A stretch of 64,000 nt of DNA from the human T2T-CHM13v2.0 reference genome, Homo sapiens. The translations under genes and the position numbers were made by a program. Below the pieces are notes generated by a model. That model searched no databases. It was given only the letters and a program-made list of their open reading frames with translations, and was not told where the DNA came from. This document shows, piece after piece, positions 19,470-34,538 of this stretch (the first letter of the stretch is position 1; each line of letters begins with the position of its first letter). The DNA lies in the NCBI RefSeq assembly GCF_009914755.1, contig NC_060940.1; one strand, written 5' to 3'.

Positions 19470-20930
19470 GGACCAATGTAAATTATTCTTTAGATGTTTG
19501 GTGGAATTCACCATTGAAGCCATCTTATCCCAACCTTTTCTTTGCTGAGAGGTTTTTAGTTACTAATTAAATATCTTATTATAGGTCTATTCAGATATTT
19601 TACTTGTTCTTGAGTTAGTTTTGTAGTTTGTGTGTTTCTAGAAATGTGTCCTTTTCATCTAGGTTATGAATTGTGTCCTTTTCATCTAGGTTATCAATTG
19701 CCCTACATTTGTTCATAGTATTCTCTTGTAATGTTTTTTAATTTTTGTAAGATTGGTAGTAATGTCTTCTCTTAGTTTCCTGATTTTAATAATTTGAGGC
19801 TTCTTTCTTATTTTGGTCAGTCAATATAAAGGTCTTTGATTTGTGTTGATTCTTTAAAGGGATTGTATATTTTCCCTGGCCTGTTGTTTTTACATTCTCT
19901 ATTTATCTCTGTTTTAGTCTTTATTATTTCCTGCCTTCCACCGGCTTTGGGTTTGGTTTGCTCTTCTTTTTCCAGTTTTTAAGGTGGAAGACTAGATTAT
20001 TTATTTGAAATAGTTTTAAATGTAAGAATAAATGTGAAAAAACTAAACTGCTTTTCTTATAAGTTTTGGTATACCATATTTTTGTTTTCATTCATGTCAA
20101 AGTATTTTCTAATTTCCCTTATGATTTTTTATCTGACTCATTTGTTGCTTAAGTTTGTATTGTCTAATTTACACATATTTGTGTATTTTCAGATTTCCTT
20201 CTGTTACTGATTTCTAATTTTGTTCCATTGCAGTCATAATAAGATGCTTCATATTATTTCAGTTTTTTATAATTTATTAAGACTTGTTTTGTGGCCTAAT
20301 TAATGGTCTGTCCTGGATAATTTTTTTATGTACACTTGAGAAAAAAATGTGTATTTTGTTATTGTTGGGTAGAGTATTTTATATATACCTTTAGGTCAGG
20401 TGGTTTATTTTGTTGTTCATATCTTATATTTGTTTGATCAATGTAGTTGTTCTATAATTATTTAAAGTGGGGTATTGACATCTCCAACTACTATTGTTGA
20501 AAGCCCTTAAATCTGTCAGTTTTTGCTTCATATATTTTAGGGCTGTGTTGTTAGGACCATATATGTTTGTTACTGTTGTATCTTCTTCATGAATTAACCC
20601 ATTTAATAGTATATAATGTCCTTCATCTCTTATAACCGTTTTTATCTTAAAGCCTATTTTGTCTGACATTAGTAGAATCATTCCAGCTCTCTTTTGGTTA
20701 CCGTTTGCATTGAATATATTTTTCTGTCTTTTAAACTTTTATTTGTGCCTTTAAATTTAAATTGAATCTGTTGTAGGTAGCATATGGTTGGATCATGCTT
20801 GTTAAAATCCATTCTGCCAATCTCTATCCTTTAATTGGAGCAGTAATCTATTTATATTTAATGTAATCACTGATAGGGAAAGACATACTTCTACCATTTT
20901 GTCATAAGAATGTCATAAGAATTTACATAT
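19470..20930 (-). mobile_element. Old L1M ORF2 (endonuclease region) fragment
   Basis: Minus ORF 20424-20681 (ILLMSDKIGFK..GHYILLNG.IHEED..NIYGPN) is L1 endonuclease-like. Confidence 0.8.
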
Positions 20931-20988
20931 TAGGTGCAAACTTACCCTCTACCTCCTCACTCAGGTGACACCCTCTCTTCTGTCAAAG

Positions 20989-21861
20989 TGAGAGTTGAAG
21001 CCAGCTGGGCTGCTGGCACAGGTGCCCGGCTTTTATTCCCTTATTTGGCCCTGCCCACATCCTGCTGATTGGCCCATTTTACAGAGCGCTGATTGGCCCA
21101 TTTACAGAGTGCCGATTGGTCCATTTTACAGAGTACTGATTGCCAGCTGGGCTTCTGGGTGGAGTGGGGACTTGGAGAACTTTTGTGTCTAGCTAAAGGA
21201 TTGTAAACACACCAATCAGCACTCTGTAAAATTGCACCAATCAGCACTCTGTGTCTAGCTAAAGGATTGTAAATGGACCAATCAGCACTCTGTAAAATGG
21301 ACCAATCAGCACTCTGTAAAATGGACCAATCAGCACTCTGTAAAATGGACCAATCAGTGTTCTGTAAAATGGACCAATCAGCAGGATGTGGGTGGGGCCA
21401 AATAAGGGAATAAAAGCTGGCCACCAGAGCCAGCAGTGGCAATGTCGGATCCCCTTCCATGCTGTGGGAACTTTTTTCTTTTGCTGTTCACAATAAGTCT
21501 TGCTGCTGCTCACTGTTTGGGTCCACACTACCTTTGTGAACTGTAACACTAACCACGAAGGTTGTAGGCTTCATTCCTTAAGTCAGTGAGACCACGAACC
21601 CACCGGGAGGGACAAACAACCTGGATGTGCCACCTTTAAGAGCTGTAACACTCACTACAAAGGTCTGCAGCTTCTCTCCTGAGGTCAGCAAGACCACAAA
21701 CCCACTGGAAGGAAGAAACTCGGGACACATCTGAACATCTGAAGGAACAACTCTGGACACACCATCTTTAAGAATTGTAACACTCACCGCAAGGGTCCGT
21801 GGCTTCTTTCTTGAAGTCAGCGAGACCAAGAACCCACGGGAGGGAACCAATTCTGGCCACA
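20989..21861 (+). mobile_element. LTR12 (ERV9) solo LTR with an internal inverted segment
   Basis: TGAGAG..GAAGCCAGCTGG start, tandem CCAATCAGCACTCTGTAAAA repeats, and U5 repeats. 4-bp TSD AAAG. Confidence 0.9.
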
Positions 21862-22469
21862 AAAGCATCTTACAAATATGCTTTTTGCTCAGACTTATAA
21901 TTTCATCTTTTTTTCCAGTAATTTGAACTCAGTCTTGAAGTCTTACAGTGACAGTTCAGAGCCTTACCTCTTAAACATGTTTCTTATTTACTCATATATA
22001 TTCATAAACTGTTATACATATTTAATTTAGTATTTAGAGGAATCTCAGCATCAAGTTTGTTTCTCTGAGGATGTATGTCCTTTCAACTGATGATATATTC
22101 CTTATCCTCTTTCCACTGTTGAGTCCTAGGCTACATTTCCTATCACATCTTTGCTTTTTCATTGGTTATATAAAATAAACGGTATGAGAAATAATCAGCA
22201 TTGGTTTCTTGTTCGCATGAGATGACAGGAAGACAGATGATATGGACATCAGCTTTCCCAAAAGGATTTTCCAAAGCTGTAATTATCAACACAAACTATG
22301 TTTCAAGAAATCAGGGGTAGTATACTTTATGCTAAAAACGGAGGGTTTGTGAGAATAATGTTACAGCTTTTAATTTTCTCTGTTTAATTTTATCAACTTG
22401 GGAGACTTTTGTTATCCTGGGACAGTTCATTTCATATAAAGCATGCTAACATTATCTTTTTCATTGCAG

Positions 22470-22630
22470 ATTGGAATAATACTTTTAAAAACTTTCTGCT
22501 TGATTCATTCCTGCTGGTACCCATTTATAACCTTGGGATGAGCATCAGCAAATACTATGATATCCAAGAGGTGAATATGTTGTGTTCCTGTTGAAAAGTA
22601 TTCCTAACTCCATAAATTACAGTACAGAAA
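22470..22630 (+). pseudogene. ABCA-subfamily pseudo-exon from the second transmembrane domain (Abca14-like remnant), frameshifted
   Basis: Bounded by ctttttcattgcag| and AAA|GTGAGT. Reads WNNTFKNFLLDSFLLVPIYNLGMSISKYYDIQEVNMLCS, which resembles ABCA3 [31 protein letters not shown]. Length 161 nt (not 3n), with TGA at 22592-22594. Confidence 0.8.
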
Positions 22631-22899
22631 GTGAGTATCTGAGGCTCTACAAATCTCATCAGAGCTACTGGTAGTCAATTACTTATTACATGTGAATAAT
22701 TCTACCTACATTACTGTGAATCTTGACAATAACTCAAGTTATATGTTATCCTCATTTTGAAAAAACTAAACCTTACACAATGTAAAAACTTGCTCAACAC
22801 CACAAAATTTGTACAAGATAGCACTAAGATTCAAAGCTTATGTGCATAATGCATTTTCTCTGTGGGAAAGAATCTCTGTGATTAGTATCTATATTGTAT

Positions 22900-24319
22900 T
22901 ATACATTAATCTCAATAGAGGGGAAAGCACTTGAAAAAATTTAACACCCTTTTATGATGAAACTTCTCAACATCTTTGCATGTGCTTATTTGCCACATGT
23001 GTATCATCTTTGGTGAAGTGACCGGTGAACTTTTCTTTCATTTATTGTTGAATTGGTCTTTTTTCTTACTATTGGGTTTTGAGAATTCTTTGTACGTTCT
23101 GAATATCAGCCCTTTGTGTAGTAAGCCATTTGCAAATATTTTGTCCCAGACTATGGCCTTTTATTTTTTTCAAAGCATCTTTTAAGAACCAAACGTTTTT
23201 AATTGTGGTGAAGTTAAATTTATCATTTTTTAGTGAATTGTGCTTTTAGTGCTATATCTAAAAAACTTTGCCCAATACAGAGTCACAAAAGCTTGATTGG
23301 ATGTCTTCTTCTAGAAGTTTTACTTAAGAGAAATGAAAGCATATGAACATAGAAACACTTGTATGCAAACATTCATAAATAGCTTTAATTATAAAGGCCA
23401 AAAATTGAAAATAACCCAATGTCCATCAACATGTGAATGGGTAATCAAACTGTGAATTATTCATACAATGGAATACCCTCAGCAATAAAAATGAATGATC
23501 TACCAAAAAAGAGACTTTTCAGCAAAGGAGGACTAGAATGAAACATCTTCACTTTGAGTAAGGAAATCTAGAAATATCTATTGCTAATATCATTTTCAAG
23601 GCAATACCATTGTGGTAGCATGAAATACATAAAACATTTAGGGAAAATTTTAAAAAAGATGTGCAGTACCTGTACACTGAAGACTGAAAACATTGCTGAG
23701 AAAAATTAAAGATGACTTGAGATAATGGAGAAATATACCTTATTCATGGATCAGAAGACTCAATATTTTTAAATTGTCAATTGTCCCCAAATTGATTTAT
23801 ACGCTCAAAACAATCTCAATCAACATCCTAGAGGCTTTTTATTTTTGGTAGAAATTTAGCTGATTCTAAAATTTATATGGAAATTCAAAAGAACTTCATT
23901 ATCCAAAAATATATATTTTCTTAATTGCAAGATTTTGTGACAACTCATTTTAAAACTTATTATAAAACTACAGTAATTAAGACAATGTGGTATTAACATA
24001 AGTAGAGACATAGATGACAGATGGATGGATGGATAGATAGATAGATAGAATAAGATACAGAGTTCAAAAATAGATTCACACATGTATGGCCAATTGATTT
24101 TGGATTCAAAAGAACTTTATTATCCCAAACTATACTTTTTTAATTGCAAGACTTTGCACCAACTTATTTGAAACCTTATTATAAAACTACGATAATTAAG
24201 ACAGTGTGGTATTAGCATGAGTAGAGACAGAGAAGATAAATGCATGGATGGATGGATGGATGGATTGATGGATGAACGGATGGATGGATGAATGAATAGA
24301 TGGATAGGTAAGTAGATAG

Positions 24320-24351
<32 letters not shown>

Positions 24352-24455
24352 ATAAGATACAGAGTCCAAAAATAGATTCATACATGTATAGTCAGTTGAT
24401 TTCAGATGAGGTGCCAAAGTAATTCAAATGAGAAAGGATAGTCATTTCAATTAGT
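22900..24455. mobile_element. Mosaic of old L1M fragments with internal tandem duplication and (GGAT)n/(AGAT)n repeats
   Basis: Degenerate L1 ORF2/3' motifs on both strands. Confidence 0.65.
24243..24352. repeat. (GGAT)n-(AGAT)n tetranucleotide repeat
   Basis: Direct reading. Confidence 0.9.
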
Positions 24456-25623
24456 GGTCATGGCCCTAACCTGTAAAAGCTTGTGATTATTTGATACCTA
24501 GCAAACAGACAAATAAAATCCCTATAACCTCTTAACTCTATCCCAGTAGGAAGAAGGTTGTGAAAACTGTGCATTCTAAAAGACAGCGTAGATTGAAACA
24601 CCCACTTTGGATGCACCAAGGGAAAAGCAAATCTGAGTGCTACAGGAGACAGTGAACAAGGGAATCTCTCATAGAGAGCAGGTGAGGATTCTGCAGAAAA
24701 GAGAATACGGAACACAGTGGCAACAGCGGTAGATCCATCATGAGCTGGGAAATACTGAAAAAAATCTCTGAGAACTAGACCTAGTCAATCAAAATCCTGG
24801 TTATAGGGGGAAATAAATAAAGAGGCTTGAAAATGTGCAAAGCTATAAATGTTAATCTTGAGAGATATTAATTTGGAGGTTAGAGAGAAGCAACTTAGAA
24901 AATAGAAGTGCCCTTTAGAATTAGGGTAGCAAAGAGAAATAAGGACATGTCCAGCATAATTTAACTTCATACAGATATTAGCAAGAATCACAGAATTGAG
25001 TCGCTTCATTCCCTTAGAAAAAGTTCTATTTGTTAAAGAAACTGCACTTCACTGTATTAATAGAAGAAGATGAATATGTACTAAGAAGCTTACAAACTAA
25101 TCAAAATATTACCATTCATCCATTAAATCACTTGTTATTGTTGGTTCAGATAATCAATTTAATATGCCATAAGAAGGAAACAGAAGAATATCAAAATACT
25201 TCAATTGATGAAAATTCCTGTCCCTCACCTGCCAAAGGAAACTAACCACAAAGCAGAGGGAAATAGTAACTAAGTATCAATATACGGGAAACTGGAGAAC
25301 AATTTGTCAGCAAAAAGGTAGAATACGCATAACTTCTCATTACCATCTCACAAAAGCTTCAAAAATTAGCAGAAACTGTCTGAACCAATTTTGTCAGGAC
25401 TATGGAAAACAATCAAAAGTTTATAGCAACCAAATGAATACTGAACCAATAAAAAAGTCACTTCAAAACAGTGGATAGTTTTGTGATGATTTTACACGCC
25501 CTTGCCCCTCTCCCTCCCTGGCACAGGAGTGGTCGTGGTCTTGAAGCAGGAGTAGTCTGCAGTCCCAGTTTTGGACCGTTTTCCCTGGCTCTGGAGGGTG
25601 CGGAGCAGAATTTATTCGCAAAT

Positions 25624-26812
<1,189 letters not shown>

Positions 26813-26942
26813 GGAATAGGTAGTTCTTTTTATGTCAGTTTTGTATGTTGTGCTTTTCAAGGAATTCGTCCATTTCACTTAAATTGTTAACTATAGTAAT
26901 ACAATGGTATAAAGTTATTTGTAATATCAAAAAAGAAAATTA

Positions 26943-30070
<3,128 letters not shown>

Positions 30071-30587
30071 ATTAAGCTCGATGTTTGAAATATCTCATAT
30101 TTATTTGTGTGATCATGAAGGCAATACATGCTTTAAGACTAACATTAAGAAAAATCCCACACTGTTACAAACATGTGTTTTTTCAAACATTTTTAATCCC
30201 AGTTAATTTCATTTGCTATAATCTACAAATATGCAATAAAAGTGTAAATACAAATGTTTATTCTAAATTAGGAATAGACACCACCCTCTTTCCTCCTACT
30301 CCACCAGTGGATCATTACTCACCTGTATAAGAAACTAGAACAAGTGGCCTGACTTTGGTGATTTATATGTGATTTCCTGTTTCACACGTGAGGCTATTCT
30401 TACTATGATTATTCTTATTATGATTAATCCTTATTGTTATTAATCTTGTTCTTATTGTGATTATTCCTGTTGTCCTCCCCACCAAACACACTGTACCTGC
30501 CCACACACTGCCGGGAGGAAAACATCCTGGTTCAGATTCTCAGCACTGCGTTTAGGAATAAAGTCTCGTAGCAACATTAGGCTTTTA

Positions 30588-30901
<314 letters not shown>

Positions 30902-31201
30902 ACATTAGACTTTTAGAAGGCTCAGGTGTTTTACATTGGGCAGGTGAACTGGCTAATATTTGTACCCTCAATCATTGCTATGAACTCCACATAATAAGAC
31001 TAGTTCATGAGGAATAAATCTGCCGAAACCATTAACTATATCATGGATACCAAAGAGATTGGGTTAGCAGGTCATATTGCCTTTTGTATTAACCTCCTCT
31101 ATCCACCCCTTCAAGTATATAGTTAAGTAAATGTAGCAATATTTTGGTGATTTCAAATTAAGTGTGTAAGATTATTCACCGGTCCTATTATCCTTTCTTG
31201 A

Positions 31202-31269
31202 GTAGTGTCTTAAAACACAAGAACCAAGGGATCCTTAACTGCTACATTCCCAGCAAGGACTGGGGAAAG
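31202..31269 (+). pseudogene. ABCA penultimate pseudo-exon (Abca14-like remnant)
   Basis: Reads (G)SVLKHKNQGILNCYIPSKDWGK|gtgatg versus ABCA3 [25 protein letters not shown]. Two codons shorter, and the expected acceptor reads GA instead of AG. Confidence 0.85.
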
Positions 31270-31656
31270 GTGATGGTAGAAATCTTGCCCTTGTAACATT
31301 GCATGTTAAGTAAGAGAGCACTAATGGTGGGGAGTATTTGGGATTCGGGCATTTGGAATGGGAGCCTGGCATTGTTGGGAGGAGCAGCAGCGTTAGGTTA
31401 CTTTCCAAACACCCCTAGAGTTTAATTGCCTTGATTTCTTCCCCTAAATCCGACTATTAGTCCATGTCCATCAAGAGATGGCCTCCTCTCACTTTCTCAA
31501 TTCTCTGTTCTTCCGCCTTCTCACCTCACCCTTCTGTGCCTTTTGTCCTCCAACATACACTTGATAGGAGTGGGGGAGTGGAGGAGAGGCTCATCTGAGT
31601 TGGGGGCTGAAGGGGAGATTGCAATGGTAACTGTGTTTTTATTGCTGTTGTTAAAG

Positions 31657-31793
31657 GTGTTTGGCATTTTGGAGCAAGCTAAAGAGCAATTTGATTTAGA
31701 AGACTATTCTGTCAGATCACACTGGAACAAGTCTTCCTGACCTTTGCTAACCCAGAGAAATCATCCAGTGATGATGAAAACGAGGTGCCATGA
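31657..31793 (+). pseudogene. ABCA terminal pseudo-exon (Abca14-like remnant) with frameshift
   Basis: After ttaaag| it reads VFGILEQAKEQFDLEDYSV, then in a shifted frame QITLEQVFLTFANPEKSSSDDENEVP* (TGA 31791-31793). This matches the hallmark ABCA C-terminal motif DYSVSQ.sLEQVF. Confidence 0.92.
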
Positions 31794-31862
31794 GATTCCC
31801 TCTTAAAAAAAAAAAAAAAACAGAAAAAGAAAAAAAAAAGAAATGCCCTACACGTGAGTCCC

Positions 31863-31868
31863 AATAAA
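31863..31868 (+). terminator. AATAAA polyadenylation signal of the vestigial ABCA gene
   Basis: Canonical hexamer 70 nt after the ancestral stop codon, followed by T/GT-rich sequence (ttctttggtctgttgg). Confidence 0.6.
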
Positions 31869-32139
31869 CTCATCTACTCATCAAGCTGGACTGGTCTGAG
31901 TCATTCTTTGGTCTGTTGGCTCCTTTCCCAGTTTGGGGCGGAGGATGTTCTATACAGTCCTGGATTTTTCCCCAACCAGGAAGAGAACTCCTTGTCCTGC
32001 AGTGTTCCTCTTGCGCCCTCTCCTGACAAAGCTTAACTTCGGAGCTGGAGCAAGTCGTATCCGGCATTGCAGGGAAGAGTGAATTTGGCCTGTGATCCAA
32101 TCAGAAGCTGCGATTCTAAACAGGAAGCCACACTGGATG

Positions 32140-33330
32140 CGAGAATTGGGGTGGGGCGCGCCAAGAGGAGCAAGCATTATAGAACGTGGGGAGCATGAGA
32201 AATACACGGAGGTGGAAACGCCGGAGTGGCTGGCGGGTAAAGGCAGCGGGCGCAGATGAAGCGGGCTGGGCGTCCCACGCGCAGAACCGTCCCGGACAGA
32301 AGCCGCAGGGGCTGCGCTGGCTGGAAAAAGGAACGCGAGTACAGCGCGCGTGGCGCGGGGTCTGCTCCAGGACGGAATCTTTTGGGTGGCCCGCATGAGG
32401 GGTTTGCAGGACCCCGGGCCTTTGGGAAGTTATCTGCTAAACTCCAGTAGACCCTGAGGAGCAGCGGCTCATGAATCTTCTTAAACTTCTGTCATCAGCG
32501 GCTGGGCCAGCTGAAGGTGACCATGGCACACGAGGGAGAGAGAAGCCCGCGAGAGGCGGAGAAATGTGGGGTCGTCCAGGAGGGTCGACAAGGCAAAGAA
32601 CCTGAAGACGACCCAAAAGGGTACCTAGGTGGGGCCCTTTCAGGGACTTGGGGCATAGGGTAGGGCGCATGGGACGAGGTGGGTGAGCGCAAGGGACGAG
32701 ATGGGTGTGCGCATGGGACGAGGTGGGTGGGAGCATGAGACGAGGTGGGTGGGGCGGTGGGTGAGGTCTCCGCCCCCAGACGGGCTGGCGAGGAAGCAGG
32801 GAAGAAGTAACGTTGGGCTGGTGAGGCAACAGGTGGGGCGCACTGGAGCTGCGGGATAATAGGTGGAACAAACTGGGGACTACACTCGTGGGCGCACGTG
32901 CGGAAGAGGGACTGAGGAGGTTCTTGCGTGCTCCCCTCGAGCACCGCCGACAGCTTCACCCGCACCTCCTGCCTTCCGCACCGCTGACTCCTACCGCTCC
33001 GCGCACTGCGCGCCCCCAGCCCTAGTGCAGCCAGCTCCCGGCCGGGTCCGCGCGAGGGCCAGGCTGCCAACCTGCCCGCGGGCGGCTGGTGGTTGGGGAG
33101 GGCGTTGGGAGGAGGAGTCCCGCCGGGTGGACGCGCGCCCTTCAGCGGCGGAGGCGGAGGCGGCAGCGGCGAGGCCTGAGGGTGCGTGCTAGGGAGTCCT
33201 GGCGCGTCCTTCTTCTGCCGGCGTCCCCCTGCGCTTGCAGCTGCTCCCCGACGCCCGGGAGGCCCACCCGCTAGCCGCGATGGGCGCGCAGAGCCCAAAA
33301 GGGCGACCCCCAAACAAAACTCACGCATAT
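32140..33330 (+). promoter_or_regulatory. CpG island: promoter/first exon of ABCA15P (CRYM-AS1), donor AGG|GTGCGT at 33181/33182
   Basis: About 1.2 kb CpG-rich island, paralogous to the 15 kb island. Lies upstream of the ABCA ATG exon on the same strand. Confidence 0.75.
32665..32766. repeat. G-rich tandem repeat, about 4 copies of GCGCATGGGACGAGGTGGGTG (about 21-23 nt)
   Basis: Direct reading. Confidence 0.8.
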
Positions 33331-34187
33331 AAATCCTCCAGAGACTTCCTCATCCCCCCGCCAACACACACACACCCACACACACATACACACAATCAAA
33401 TCAAATAGAAGCACTGTTAGGAATTTTATATTGGCTATGCAAAGTGCTTGAACGCACTGACTTTGGAGGCAAATGCCTTGTCCCTAGTCCTGACTAGTCC
33501 AGAATTTATTTGCTGTGACCTATGGCAAATTGCTTGGTTTCTCTAAGCCTCCATTTCCTAAGGCTTATATCTGAAAATAACTATAAGAGGAAAGGATGCT
33601 ATTGTATCCAACTCAGAGGGCAGTCCTGATACTTACATTGCGAGAACATGTTAAGTGTTCCATAAATGGCAGAAGGGGCTGTGGAAGTTCAGTGATTATA
33701 GGTAGTTTAATTTGTCTTAGTTTTCCTTTGTGAAAGCATAAATTACACCAGAGAAAGTCACATATGTAAGGAATACTTTATGCAAAGCTGTTGTCCTAGG
33801 GAAGAGAGACCAGAACTCAGTCTAAACTAACTCTGCTGAAACAAAGTGGGGCAGGGTTTTTAAGCTCTAGGATGAGAGTAGAAAGGTGCTGGAGGGCTGT
33901 CGGAAGCATACTGAGTTGTTTGCTGAGTTTACAAGTGTTTCCTCCGTGATTAGGCCAGCTGTGTTTGCTAATTGGCTCTCAGGGAAGTTAGGCTCCTACC
34001 CTCCCACAGAAACTGGGAGATAGGGGGACCGTCTTCCTTGATGATTGCATTTCAAAGGAATGGCTCCCAGGTCCTTGACAAAGATGATTCTGGTTTGTAA
34101 AACTAGTAAGAGGCTATTAAAAAGAGTTACAGATATCTCAAGACAGAGAAAGAATTTACAGTGAAAAGCTTTCTAAAGAAAATGCTC

Positions 34188-34538
34188 TGTATTAATCTGT
34201 TTTCACACTGCTGATAAAGACATACCCAAGACTGGGCAATTTACAAAAGAAAGAGGTTTATTGGACTTACAGTTCCACGTGGCTGAGGAGGCCTCACAAT
34301 CACGGCAGAAGGTGAAAGGTATATCTCACATAGTGGCAGACAAGAAAGCTTGTGCAGGGAAACTCCCCATTTGAAAACCATCAGTTCTTATGAGACTTAC
34401 TCACTATCATGAGAAGAGCACGGGAACAACCCATCCCCATGATTCAGTCATCACTCACAGGGTCCCTCCCATAACACGTGGGAATTATGGGAGCTACAAG
34501 ATGAGATTTGGGTGTGGACACAGAGTCAAACCATATCA
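34188..34538 (-). mobile_element. THE1 (ERVL-MaLR) solo LTR, inserted in an older ERV1-type LTR
   Basis: Minus strand begins TGATATGGTTTG and ends ATTAATACA. 5-bp TSD TGCTC at 34183-34187 and 34539-34543. Confidence 0.9.

Noticed and set aside
21200-21390. Regularly spaced CCAATCAGCACTCTGTAAAATGGA repeats resembling a CRISPR-like array
   Set aside because: Spacerless NF-Y tandem repeats intrinsic to LTR12, in a eukaryotic context.
32437-33328. Long GC-rich ORFs (277 aa, 144 aa, 109 aa), and similar ORFs at 14782-15407
   Set aside because: Stop-poor CpG-island sequence with low-complexity translations and no recognisable homology.
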